Sequence record: SRR20825006_597
Length of the DNA: 64,000 nucleotides
Reading direction: 5' to 3' (one strand)
A model generated the notes under the pieces. That model did not search any database and was not told where the DNA came from. It saw nothing but the letters and a program-made list of their open reading frames with translations. The first letter of the stretch is position 1. The number at the start of each line of letters is the position of its first letter. The translations under genes were made by a program, and so were the position numbers. Shown piece after piece: positions 40,601 through 49,649 of the stretch.

Positions 40601-40732
40601 GGCACTGAGCTCTACCGTGGTGTCGGTGCCATTGTTCTGTTTGGCCTGCTTGGCACAGCCATCGTGACAGTCACTTTCCTGGCATGCCTGACGGCGCTAA
40701 TTTTGGGCCTGTCACGCAATTCCTGCCGGTAG
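37628..40732 (+). CDS. RND efflux permease (AcrB/AcrD/AcrF family)
   Basis: 1034 aa with GMTLDNSIVVLE, GTVVNNPIL and RLRPIAMTT. Confidence 0.9.
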   Translation: MFERIVRNGTLMTVIVLIITLLGILAALRIPVQMIPDLEVRTISVLTRWSGATPQDVEKEILIEQEEYLRNLPNLRRLTATAYSGEAEIELEFPFGVDITDALIRVNNALSQVPAYPDTVDQPQILSSSFSSNSFMYFSVYPQPGNPRGLDMDMMRDFIDDEVRPRMESVQGVSMVEMRGGAERQIQVLLDAQALAQFGLTVVGVRDALRERNQDVSGGEVDSGKRRYLLRTVGRFENLDDLNDLILLRQGDSLVRLRDVATVVMDHFPVRQISRFNGNPVIMLAVRRETGSNVIDIKQEMLKQVALIKKEVLKPASMDMSLMSDDVRYVEASVANVWINLGIGAVFATLVMFLFLRSVRITAVGVIGIPICTIAAFLGLLLAGRTINVISMAGIAFAIGMTLDNSIVVLESIEMERRKGLDRFRAAVSGIQKVWPAVFASTMTTVLVFLPVVFIQEEAGQLYSDIAIAVSASILVSMLVAMTVIPTLSARLDFAAVMEHDGEHSRWMQAINRWATRLSATRPRQLATLAVTLLVASAIVIFLTPPAEYLPEGEEPKTFASMNAPPGYNLETMAAIADEVEAQLLPLVGQDPQAYDRGELDMPPLKYMNMGVSAENLRIIAEPMDPAHMEPMMDGITRVYRQYPGMRAFAARGSIISSNDGGTRSVTLDVAGKDLAEIYEVARTLYREAEAIFDNPRIQSQPASLSLAQPLIEVRPIWSRAAEVRFSTRDLGYTVAALTDGAFLDEFFLGDDKVDIYAYSDRTGSSPSLTTLPGLPVHTPIGATVPLSSLADLQETVDTSVVRRVNGRRTVTLNIIPPRSVPLESGVAQVRAMVQQLRDDGVIPDTISISLSGASDQLQATQKSLSGNYVVALLLVYLLLVAIFKHWGYPLLIMTTIPLGIASGLLGLALMNAAGISQPFDMITMLGFLILMGTVVNNPILIVHEATLNIRAGSGAAQAVSDAVASRLRPIAMTTITTVCGLAPLVLIPGEGTELYRGVGAIVLFGLLGTAIVTVTFLACLTALILGLSRNSCR

Positions 40733-40974
40733 ATTCAAAATTATTCCACCTTCCCGTTGACCTCACCCCTTAAATTGCCCACAAAGAGAGTGTGCATTTA
40801 GACATAAAAGGGGTGGGGCAAAATGTCCTGCCTGGAAGTGTCGTATCCCTATCGCTATTTCTCTTATCGCGAAATAGTATAGCGATATACCCGTACGGTA
40901 TTTATGGCTACTGCCCACTAATACCTCGGGCGCCCAGGCTTGCCGGTTAAGGCGCGAGCAACAGTCAGTGCGAC

Positions 40975-40988
40975 TTGATCTGCATCAA
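40975..40988 (+). promoter_or_regulatory. FNR/Anr box of the ccoN promoter
   Basis: Perfect TTGAT-CTGC-ATCAA. A -10-like TACAGT at 41011-41016 fits class II (-41.5) spacing. Confidence 0.88.
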
Positions 40989-41047
40989 AAAGGACCGCGT
41001 TTGTGCCTGCTACAGTCAGCTCGCACAAAAATCGGAAGGAAACGCAC

Positions 41048-42478
41048 ATGGAAAATGCTGTCGCTTCGCCGGATTACAACTACAAGGTTGTTCGGCAATT
41101 CACAGTTATGTCTGTGGTTTGGGGGATCGTTGGTATGGCTGTGGGGGTCTTCATCGCCGCCCAGTTAGCCTGGCCCGCCCTGAACTTCAATATCCCCTGG
41201 TTGAGCTTCGGCCGTTTGCGGCCCCTGCACACCAACGCGGTCATTTTTGCCTTCGGCGGCTCAGCCCTCATGGGCACTTCCTACTATGTAGTCCAGCGTA
41301 CCTGTAGCGCAGTGCTGGCTTTCCCCAAGCTGGCGGCCTTCAGCTTCTGGGGTTGGCAGGTAGTCATTGTTGCCGCGGCTATTACGCTCCCCATGGGTTT
41401 CACTTCCACCAAGGAATACGCCGAGCTTGAATGGCCCATCGACATCCTGATCACGCTGGTCTGGCTGGCCTATGCGGCAGTGTTTTTTGCCACCATTGCC
41501 AAACGCAAGACGTCGCACATCTACGTGGCGAACTGGTTCTACGGCGCCTTCATCATCGCCATTGCGCTACTACATGTGGTGAACAATCTGGCGGTGCCGA
41601 TTTCCCTGATGAAGTCCTACTCTGCCTATAGCGGCGCCATCGATGCCATGGTGCAGTGGTGGTACGGCCATAACGCGGTGGGCTTTTTCCTGACGGCTGG
41701 CTTCCTTGGCATGATGTACTACTACGTGCCGGTTCAGGCGCAACGGCCGGTGTATTCCTACCGTCTTTCCATTGTGCATTTCTGGGCGTTGATTGCCGTG
41801 TACATGTGGGCTGGCCCGCACCACCTGCATTATTCTTCCCTACCCGACTGGGCCCAGTCCCTGGGCATGGTGTTCTCCATCGTGCTGCTGGCGCCCAGCT
41901 GGGGCGGCATGATCAACGGCATGATGACCCTCTCCGGGGCCTGGCATAAGCTGCGCACCGACCCGATCATCCGCTTCATGATCGTGGCGCTGTCCTTCTA
42001 CGGCATGAGCACGTTTGAAGGCCCAATGATGGCCATCAAGACCGTGAACGCCCTGAGCCACAACACCGACTGGACTATCGGCCACGTGCACGCCGGCGCC
42101 CTGGGCTGGGTCGCCATGATCACCATCGGCGCCACCTATGTAATGGTCCCTCGCCTGTTTGAGCGCAAGCAGATGTACTCCATCGGCTGGATCAACACGC
42201 ACTTCTGGCTCAGCACCATCGGCACAGTTCTCTACATCGCCTCCATGTGGGTGTCCGGCATTATGCAGGGGCTCATGTGGCGCGCGGTAAACACTGACGG
42301 CACCCTCACCTACAACTTCGTGCAGGAGCTGGTCGAGCGGCACCCGTTCTACATCATTCGCCTGCTGGGCGGGATTATTTTCCTGAGCGGCATGATCCTG
42401 ATGGCCGTCAATGTCTATAAAACCGTCCGTGCCGAGCGCGACTGCCACGGTGAAGACAACGTGCAGCAGGCTGACTGA
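41048..42478 (+). CDS. ccoN: cbb3-type cytochrome c oxidase subunit I
   Basis: Motifs [28 protein letters not shown] and IGHVHAG. Confidence 0.97.
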   Translation: MENAVASPDYNYKVVRQFTVMSVVWGIVGMAVGVFIAAQLAWPALNFNIPWLSFGRLRPLHTNAVIFAFGGSALMGTSYYVVQRTCSAVLAFPKLAAFSFWGWQVVIVAAAITLPMGFTSTKEYAELEWPIDILITLVWLAYAAVFFATIAKRKTSHIYVANWFYGAFIIAIALLHVVNNLAVPISLMKSYSAYSGAIDAMVQWWYGHNAVGFFLTAGFLGMMYYYVPVQAQRPVYSYRLSIVHFWALIAVYMWAGPHHLHYSSLPDWAQSLGMVFSIVLLAPSWGGMINGMMTLSGAWHKLRTDPIIRFMIVALSFYGMSTFEGPMMAIKTVNALSHNTDWTIGHVHAGALGWVAMITIGATYVMVPRLFERKQMYSIGWINTHFWLSTIGTVLYIASMWVSGIMQGLMWRAVNTDGTLTYNFVQELVERHPFYIIRLLGGIIFLSGMILMAVNVYKTVRAERDCHGEDNVQQAD

Positions 42479-42488
42479 GGAGAACGAC

Positions 42489-43124
42489 ATGTCTAACGCT
42501 CATGAAGTAGTAGAAAAGAATGTCGGCCTCATGATTGTGCTGACACTGATCGCCGTCAGCTTTGGTGGGCTGGCAGAAATCGTACCGCTGTTCTGGCAGA
42601 AGGCGACCACCGAGCCACTGGAAACGCTGGAACCCTACACCGCCCTGGAAATGGAAGGCCGGGATATTTATATCCGTGAAGGCTGCCATGTCTGCCACAC
42701 CCAGATGGTGCGGCCGCTGCGCGCTGAAACCGAACGCTTCGGGGCGTATTCCGTTGCCGGGGAAGATGTGTGGGAGCACCCCTTCCTGTGGGGATCAAAG
42801 CGCACCGGGCCAGACTTGGCGCGAGTGGGGCTGCGCCCGATCACTGAGCAGTGGCACCGCGAGCACCTGCGCGATCCTCGACAGGTAGTGCCTGAGTCCA
42901 ACATGCCCGCCTACCCCTGGTTACAGGAAACCCCGGTGGACTGGGATCTGACAGAACGCAAGCTGTCTGTATTCAAGAATGCCTTTGGTGTCCCGTACAC
43001 GGATGAAGGTATCGCTGAACAGATGAGCAAGGTCAAGGGTGAATGGGCCAATGCCACGGAAGAAGACGCCTTGGTGGCCTACCTGCTGTCACTGGGTCAG
43101 GAACGTAAGGAGGCTGTGCAATGA
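42489..43124 (+). CDS. ccoO: cbb3 oxidase subunit II
   Basis: Heme c motif CHVCH, plus [10 protein letters not shown] and SNMPAYPW. Confidence 0.96.
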   Translation: MSNAHEVVEKNVGLMIVLTLIAVSFGGLAEIVPLFWQKATTEPLETLEPYTALEMEGRDIYIREGCHVCHTQMVRPLRAETERFGAYSVAGEDVWEHPFLWGSKRTGPDLARVGLRPITEQWHREHLRDPRQVVPESNMPAYPWLQETPVDWDLTERKLSVFKNAFGVPYTDEGIAEQMSKVKGEWANATEEDALVAYLLSLGQERKEAVQ

Positions 43125-43288
43125 GCTATCACGCCCTGTTTACCTTGGTGTTCTTCCTGGCCTTTGTTGCCATGGCGGCCTGGGTGTATCGCCCCAGTCG
43201 CAAAAAGGATTACGAAAAACTCGGCTATATCGCGCTGGATGCGGATGAGCGCACAGCCAGCAACCGGCATAAGGGGGACGAGCAATGA
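43121..43288 (+). CDS. ccoQ: cbb3 oxidase subunit CcoQ (55 aa)
   Basis: Translated by hand: [55 protein letters not shown]. It has ATGA overlaps with both ccoO and ccoP. Confidence 0.9.
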   Translation: MSYHALFTLVFFLAFVAMAAWVYRPSRKKDYEKLGYIALDADERTASNRHKGDEQ

Positions 43289-44202
43289 GTGACTTCTGGA
43301 GTTGGTTCATTATCGTCATTGTCGTCATCAACCTGCTGGGCTGCGCGGGCCTGTTGCTGTGGAATAACCAGATTTCTGCCGAGGAAGCCGCCAAGGAAAC
43401 CACGGGCCACAGCTTCGACGGGATTCAGGAGCGCAATGCTCCCCTGCCCCGTTGGTGGTTGTTCCTGTTTATCGGCACGCTGATTTTCTCTGCGGTATAT
43501 CTAGTACTGTACCCGGGCTTCGGGAAGTTCGACGGGGTACTGGGCTGGACCAGCGATAACCAGTATCAGAAAGAAGTGGCCGTGATGGAAAAAAGCACTG
43601 GCCCGCTGTTCGAGCAATATGGGCAGGTGGCCATCGAGGAGCTGGTCGAATACCCGGAAGCGTTGGCTGTAGGCGGTCGCCTGTTCGCGAACAACTGTGC
43701 CATTTGTCATGGCTCCGATGCCCGTGGCGCCAAAGGCTATCCCAATCTGGCCGATGACGACTGGCTGTACGGTGGCGAGCCGGACCAGATTGTTACCAGC
43801 ATAACCAAAGGGCGCAAGGCAGCCATGCCGCCCATGGCCGCCGCCATCGGCAACACCGACGAAGCTGTACGTGACATGGCGCTGTATGTGCAAAGCCTGA
43901 GCCGTCCGGATCTGGCCAAGGACAGCCAGAAAGCGGCAGCGATTGAGCGCGCCAAACCCAAGTTCGCCATGTGCGCCGCCTGTCATGGGCAGGATGCCAA
44001 GGGCAATATCATGATGGGCGCGCCCAATCTCACCGATACCACTTGGCTGTACGGTCCGCGAGTGGAGGATATCGAATACACCATTCGTCATGGCCGCTCA
44101 GGGCACATGCCACCCCATGAAAGCCTGCTCAGCAAAGAGCGCATTCATGTGATCGCGGCCTACGTGTACAGCCTGTCTCAGGGCGCCAACTCCGCAGAAT
44201 AA
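43285..44202 (+). CDS. ccoP: cbb3 oxidase subunit III
   Basis: TTGHSFDGI, PLPRWW and two CxxCH motifs (CAICH, CAACH). Confidence 0.96.
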   Translation: MSDFWSWFIIVIVVINLLGCAGLLLWNNQISAEEAAKETTGHSFDGIQERNAPLPRWWLFLFIGTLIFSAVYLVLYPGFGKFDGVLGWTSDNQYQKEVAVMEKSTGPLFEQYGQVAIEELVEYPEALAVGGRLFANNCAICHGSDARGAKGYPNLADDDWLYGGEPDQIVTSITKGRKAAMPPMAAAIGNTDEAVRDMALYVQSLSRPDLAKDSQKAAAIERAKPKFAMCAACHGQDAKGNIMMGAPNLTDTTWLYGPRVEDIEYTIRHGRSGHMPPHESLLSKERIHVIAAYVYSLSQGANSAE

Positions 44203-44302
44203 TCTGCGGATCGGTTAACGCACGCCAGGCAAAGCGCCCCACCTACCCTCACAACACGTGAACGGCAGGTGGTGGCGGAATGGGTGTTAGCGGAGAGTAG
44301 TC

Positions 44303-45718
44303 ATGTCGGACCCCAAGCGCATCAAGGTGACGGATGCCACCGATGGCGGCAGCGTAAGCCTGTACAGCAAGCGCGAGCGCATTCAGGTCAAATCCGTTTC
44401 CGGACGGTTCCAGTTTATCCGCGACGTCACCATCCTGGGGACCATGGGTCTTTACATGATCCTGCCCTGGCTGCGCTGGGACGGTCAGCAAGCTGTGTTG
44501 TTTGATTTGCCGGGGCGCCAGTTCCGCATTTTTGGCGCCAGCTTCTGGCCGCAGGATTTTCTGTTGCTGTCGTGGGTTCTGATTCTGGCGGCGTTTGCCC
44601 TGTTTTTTGTCACTGTACTGGCGGGCCGCGTCTATTGTGGTTACGTCTGCCCACAGACCACCTGGACCCGTTTCTTCCAATGGATCGAGTTCTGGTGTGA
44701 AGGTGATCGCCACAGCCGCATCAAAATGGACAAGGCACCCTGGACGGCCACCAAGATCATGCGCCGTGGCAGCAAACATGTGCTCTGGCTTTTCCTGGCC
44801 TTGCTCACCGGCATCACCTTTGTGGGCTATTTTTCGCCCATTACCGATTTAACCACCCGCCTGCTCACTTTTAGTTGGGGAGGCTGGGAGTGGTTCTGGG
44901 TTGGCTTTTTCACGGTGGCCACCTACGGTAACGCCGGGTTTATGCGTGAACAGGTCTGCCTGTACATGTGCCCCTATGCGCGCTTTCAAAGTGTCATGTT
45001 CGACCGCGACACCCTGATCGTCTCCTACGATGAAAAACGCGGCGAACCCCGCGGTCGCGGCGCCAAGAAACGCCAACAAGATCAAGACAGCGTCGTGGAG
45101 AAAGGTGACTGTATTGACTGCGGCATGTGCGTTCAGGTCTGCCCCACCGGCATCGACATCCGTGATGGGCTGCAGTATGAGTGCATTACCTGTGCGGCCT
45201 GCGTGGATGCCTGTGACGATGTCATGGACCACATCGGCAAGCCGCCAGGACTGATCCGCTATACCACCGAGAACGCACTGGATGGTTTGAAGTCGCGAAT
45301 CCTGCGCCCCCGCTTAATCGGCTATGGAGCCATCCTGATTATCCTGGGCGGCGTTTTCATGGGTACGCTGTATACCCGTGTTCCCTTGCAGGTTGATGTG
45401 ATCCGTGACCGAAACCAGCTGTATCGCACCGCCAGCAGTGGCGAGGTGGAAAACATCTATCGACTGGAAATTCAGAACAAGAGCCAAAGCACCCACCGTT
45501 ACGAGCTCACCATGAAAGGCCCGGAGGGCCTGAGCATGAAGAACCGGACGGAATTCACCCTCGAAGGCGGCAGTAAATTGTCTCTGCCGGTGACCGTTAG
45601 CTATGACCCGTATGAAGTGGAAATGGCATCCGCCCCGATCTGGTTTACGGTAACGGCTCTGGACGACCCTGACCTGGAGAAACGTCATGAATCCCGATTC
45701 ATTGCCCCAGGGCGATGA
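44303..45718 (+). CDS. ccoG: Cytochrome oxidase accessory protein CcoG
   Basis: GRVYCGYVCPQT, CLYMCPYARFQ, CIDCGMCVQVCP and CITCAACVDAC. Confidence 0.95.
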   Translation: MSDPKRIKVTDATDGGSVSLYSKRERIQVKSVSGRFQFIRDVTILGTMGLYMILPWLRWDGQQAVLFDLPGRQFRIFGASFWPQDFLLLSWVLILAAFALFFVTVLAGRVYCGYVCPQTTWTRFFQWIEFWCEGDRHSRIKMDKAPWTATKIMRRGSKHVLWLFLALLTGITFVGYFSPITDLTTRLLTFSWGGWEWFWVGFFTVATYGNAGFMREQVCLYMCPYARFQSVMFDRDTLIVSYDEKRGEPRGRGAKKRQQDQDSVVEKGDCIDCGMCVQVCPTGIDIRDGLQYECITCAACVDACDDVMDHIGKPPGLIRYTTENALDGLKSRILRPRLIGYGAILIILGGVFMGTLYTRVPLQVDVIRDRNQLYRTASSGEVENIYRLEIQNKSQSTHRYELTMKGPEGLSMKNRTEFTLEGGSKLSLPVTVSYDPYEVEMASAPIWFTVTALDDPDLEKRHESRFIAPGR

Positions 45719-46205
45719 GCTCCCCTGGTACCGCTATCCCTTTCTTTGGCTGGCGATACTGCTGCCCGCCACCTCGGTGGTTGGCGGCCTGACGCTGCTG
45801 TATATCGCCATCGTTAATGCCGATACGCCGGTGGTGGATGAATGGTACAAGGAGGGACGTTCCATCAATCGCTCTGTGGAGCAGGAGCGTCTTGCGGCAC
45901 GCCTGGGTATTCGCCTTGAACTGGCCCAGGTGGGGGCTGGCATTCAGGCGCGCCTTAGCAGCGAGGCGGGCATTCCCATGCCCGACACCCTGAGTGTATC
46001 CCTGCGCCACCCGACTCTCCCGGAGCGGGATGTCACCCTGACTCTGGAACATATCGAAGGCGCCCTGTACCGCAGCGACGGCACCCTCCCCCACGATGGT
46101 CGCCGTGCCGCTACGGTGACCGCCTCTGGCGATCACTGGCGTTTGTATCAGACGGTCATCACGCAAGGCGATAACCTGACATTAGGGAAAACCGCCACAC
46201 CATGA
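45687..46205 (+). CDS. ccoH: FixH/CcoH family protein
   Basis: PWYRYPFLW, one TM segment, WYKEGRSIN and HPT. Expected position in the cluster. Confidence 0.85.
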   Translation: MNPDSLPQGDELPWYRYPFLWLAILLPATSVVGGLTLLYIAIVNADTPVVDEWYKEGRSINRSVEQERLAARLGIRLELAQVGAGIQARLSSEAGIPMPDTLSVSLRHPTLPERDVTLTLEHIEGALYRSDGTLPHDGRRAATVTASGDHWRLYQTVITQGDNLTLGKTATP

Positions 46206-48580
46206 CCTCAGCCTGCTGGCACTGCAGCAACCCGGCCCCGGCCGGCGCCTTTTCAGCGCAAACGCATGACGGCCCCCGCGACGCTTGCTGCCCAGGGTGC
46301 GCCGCAGCCATAGAAACCATTTATGGTTTGGGCCTGGATGATTACTACCTGATGCGCCAGGATGCGGCACCACAGCCGGACGATCAGCGCCGGGCGTTGG
46401 ATTGCGCACTTTTTGCGGTGCCAGAACTGATCGCTCCCCACCTCGCCAGTATCCCCGACGGTCAACGTCTGAAACTGCAGCTGGGCGGCCTTACCTGTGC
46501 CGCCTGTAGCTGGCTGATCGAGAAAACGGTTAGCCAGCAACCCGGCGTGCTACGCACTAGCGTCAATCTGGCCAGCATGACACTGAGTGTGGACTACCAT
46601 GAGCAAGCGGACGCCAAGCTGACCGCTCAACGGATTCAGGCACTGGGCTACACGGTAACTCTGCCCGGCGACCCCCGTGCCCAGGCCGCCGAACAGCGTG
46701 CGCACAAGCGATTGCTGGGCCGGCTGGCATTGGCAGGGCTGGGCGCCATGCAGGCAATGATGTATTCCACCGCCCTGTATATCGGGGTATTCGACGGCAA
46801 GGACGCGCTTTACGAATGGGTGTTCCGGCTCGCCAGTTTCGTCGTTGCCACGCCGGTGGTGTTTTATTCCGGGTGGCCGTTTTTCCTGGGGGCCTGGCGT
46901 GGCCTCAGGCAAGCGCGCCTGACCATGGATGCGCCCATTGCGCTGGCATTGCTGCTGGCCTGGGCTGGCAGCCTGGTAATGATGGCAACCGGCGGCAAAC
47001 ACGTGTATTTCGATTCCGCCGCCATGTTCGTGTTCTTCTTGCTGGCCAGTCGCTGGCTGGAGCAACGCCAGCGCATGACAATCCAGCAGGCCTACCGTCG
47101 AGTCAGCGACACCCTGCCCCAGGCCGTTCGCCGCCTTGATGGGCAGCAGACTTCGCACTGGATCAGCGCCCGCCAAGTGGCCAAGGGCGATCGTTTGCAA
47201 CTAATCCAGGGCGACATTGTCCCGGTAGATGGCAGGCTCACCGAGGGCCGTGGCGATTTCGATGAATCCGCTCTCAATGGCGAGCCTTTACCGATAAATC
47301 GTGGCGTCAACGATCCTGTGCATGCCGGCAGTCGCCTGGTGGAAGGCAATGTTGTCGTTGAGGCATCCGGATCTGCGTCCTCCAGCCTGGTCGCAAAAAT
47401 TGCTGAGCAGGTGGAGCACGCCCAGCACGAGCGTGTGGAAGTAGTCAGGGACTGGCAACGCATTGCGCCACTGTTTACCGGTGGCATTCTGTTGCTGGCC
47501 GGGATGACATTTGTCTGGCACTGGTCCGTGGGGGCGGCGCTGGCGTTTGAGCATACTCTGGCCGTATTGGTGGTGACCTGCCCCTGCGCGCTCGCCCTTG
47601 CCGTTCCTCTTACACTGTCATCAACACTGGGCACAGCCTTGCGCGAAGGCATACTGGTGGCATCACCCCGGCAACTTCTGCGCATTACTGCCGTAAAAGG
47701 TGCGTTATTTGATAAAACAGGCACTCTCACCACTGGCCAGTTTCGCATCGTCGATAGCAGGACCGTTAACCACCGCGGCTCACCTCCTGTCCCGGAAGAC
47801 GGCCTTCTCGCCATTGCCGCCGCACTGGAGTGGAACAACCCGCACCCCTTGGCCAAGCCATTCCAGCAATATGCTCGCCACCCCGCTCTTTCATCACTGC
47901 AAGCGGACCATACGGGTGTCACAGGAACACTGCATGGCAACACCTGGCGCATTACTGGCGCGCCTGAAATGGCACGGCCCGGCACAACCTGTCTGCAGTT
48001 GCTTTGTGATAATGAAGTACGGCTTTACACATGGCTGCAGGATCCAGTGCGCGCAGAAGCCAATGCCGTCGTGAAAGACCTGGCTTCTCTGGGCATCGTT
48101 TCGCGGCTGGCCAGTGGCGATAACGCCCAGGCCGTGGACACTGTCGCTGACAAGCTTGAAATTCGCGAGCGTCGGGCCCAGCAGCGCCCCGCTGATAAAG
48201 CCGCCTGGCTGACGCAACTGGAAAGCACTGCGCCGCAAATGATGGTCGGTGACGGCATCAATGATGCCCAGGCCATGGTCGCCGCATCGGTCTCCGTCGC
48301 GACGGGTAATGCGACCAGTCTGGCTCAGCGAGCTGCAGGGTTGTTTTTGCTGCATGACTCCCTCAGCGCTGTCCCTGCCCTGCCCCGCCTTTCACGGCTT
48401 TGCCAGCGCACTATTCGCCAGAACCTGGCCTGGGCATTGCTTTACAATGTTCTTGCTGTCCCGTTTGCGGTCAGTGGTTTGCTGCCGCCATGGGCGGCAG
48501 CGCTGGGCATGTCTGCCAGTTCGCTTCTCGTCACATTCAACGCCACCCGGGTGACTCGATGGAAATTGTCTTCCTGCTGA
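46202..48580 (+). CDS. ccoI: Cu-translocating P1B ATPase for cbb3 assembly
   Basis: CWHC...CCPGC, CAAC, CPCAL, DKTGT and GDGIND. Confidence 0.93.
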   Translation: MTSACWHCSNPAPAGAFSAQTHDGPRDACCPGCAAAIETIYGLGLDDYYLMRQDAAPQPDDQRRALDCALFAVPELIAPHLASIPDGQRLKLQLGGLTCAACSWLIEKTVSQQPGVLRTSVNLASMTLSVDYHEQADAKLTAQRIQALGYTVTLPGDPRAQAAEQRAHKRLLGRLALAGLGAMQAMMYSTALYIGVFDGKDALYEWVFRLASFVVATPVVFYSGWPFFLGAWRGLRQARLTMDAPIALALLLAWAGSLVMMATGGKHVYFDSAAMFVFFLLASRWLEQRQRMTIQQAYRRVSDTLPQAVRRLDGQQTSHWISARQVAKGDRLQLIQGDIVPVDGRLTEGRGDFDESALNGEPLPINRGVNDPVHAGSRLVEGNVVVEASGSASSSLVAKIAEQVEHAQHERVEVVRDWQRIAPLFTGGILLLAGMTFVWHWSVGAALAFEHTLAVLVVTCPCALALAVPLTLSSTLGTALREGILVASPRQLLRITAVKGALFDKTGTLTTGQFRIVDSRTVNHRGSPPVPEDGLLAIAAALEWNNPHPLAKPFQQYARHPALSSLQADHTGVTGTLHGNTWRITGAPEMARPGTTCLQLLCDNEVRLYTWLQDPVRAEANAVVKDLASLGIVSRLASGDNAQAVDTVADKLEIRERRAQQRPADKAAWLTQLESTAPQMMVGDGINDAQAMVAASVSVATGNATSLAQRAAGLFLLHDSLSAVPALPRLSRLCQRTIRQNLAWALLYNVLAVPFAVSGLLPPWAAALGMSASSLLVTFNATRVTRWKLSSC

Positions 48581-48801
48581 TTCCGCTAGCCCTGCTGTTT
48601 TTGGGTGGTGCCATCGCGGCCCTGTTCTGGGCACTGCGTAAGGATCAATTTGATGATCTGGATAACGCGGCCTGGCGAGTGGTGTTCGAAGATCGGGAAC
48701 AGCGCAAGAAAAGCCGCACCATAAACGGCGCAAAGCAGGAAAAAGCTGACGCCCCGGTGGATGGCCAGAAACCGCAAGAGAGCCCGCACGATGACCTTTG
48801 A
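48559..48801 (+). CDS. ccoS: cbb3 assembly protein CcoS
   Basis: MEIVFLLIPLALL...FWALRKDQFDDLD. Confidence 0.9.
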   Translation: MEIVFLLIPLALLFLGGAIAALFWALRKDQFDDLDNAAWRVVFEDREQRKKSRTINGAKQEKADAPVDGQKPQESPHDDL

Positions 48802-49576
48802 TTCCCTGGTGGCCTTGATTGCCAGTGCCGCCCTGATTGCCAGCGCGGGCTCCGTGCATTGCATTGGTATGTGTGGCGGCATCAGCAGCGCACTGACCTT
48901 TTCCATTCCGGAATCACGCCGCCAGGGGGTGGCATTGTGGGGATGGCAATTACTGTTCGGACTGGGGCGAGTGGGGACCTATTGCGCCCTTGGCGCATTA
49001 GCTGGCGCACTGGGCGGGTTGTTTCTGGAGCAACTCCCCGGCCCCACCATGGCCGTGGGACTGGCTTTATCAGGCACGCTAATGTTGCTGCTAAGCCTTT
49101 ATCTGCTGGGCCAGGGTGCCTTACTGCAAAAAATCGAAAAAATAGGCCAGCGATTGTGGCGAGCCCTGCAACCGATGACTCGCAAGCTGATGCCCGTCGA
49201 TCATCCGGCTAAAGCCCTGGCGTTAGGCACACTGTGGGGATTCCTCCCTTGCGGCCTGATCTATACGGCCCTCGCATTAGCTGCCACCGCCGGGTCGGCA
49301 TTTGCCGGCGCGCTAGTCATGCTTTGTTTTGGGCTTATTACGGTGCTTCCAGTGGCAACAACCGGGGTTCTGGCCTCCCAGCTACAACGTTTTCGCCGCG
49401 GCGCCTGGCCAACCCTGGCAAGCCTTCTCACTGCCTGCCTTGCGCTAGTGTTTTTTTGGCAGGCCTGGAGCATGACGCAGCACAACCATGGCTCACATAG
49501 CATGCCAGCGGCCACCACGGCCCCACTGAATGACTCACAAGCGCATCAGCCGCATGAGCATCACGCCCACCCTTGA
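48791..49576 (+). CDS. DsbD_2 / TauE-SafE-like membrane protein of the cco cluster
   Basis: HCIGMCGG, GFLPCGLIY and a His-rich C-terminal tail. Confidence 0.85.
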   Translation: MTFDSLVALIASAALIASAGSVHCIGMCGGISSALTFSIPESRRQGVALWGWQLLFGLGRVGTYCALGALAGALGGLFLEQLPGPTMAVGLALSGTLMLLLSLYLLGQGALLQKIEKIGQRLWRALQPMTRKLMPVDHPAKALALGTLWGFLPCGLIYTALALAATAGSAFAGALVMLCFGLITVLPVATTGVLASQLQRFRRGAWPTLASLLTACLALVFFWQAWSMTQHNHGSHSMPAATTAPLNDSQAHQPHEHHAHP

Positions 49577-49586
49577 TCTGGATCAA
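49573..49586 (+). promoter_or_regulatory. FNR/Anr box of the hemN promoter
   Basis: Perfect TTGAT-CTGG-ATCAA, with -10-like GATAAT at 49608-49613. Confidence 0.88.
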
Positions 49587-49649
49587 ATCACGTCCTGCGG
49601 GCAGGGGGATAATCAGCAACATATTGGTGTGCGGCCGCAGGAGGCGTCC

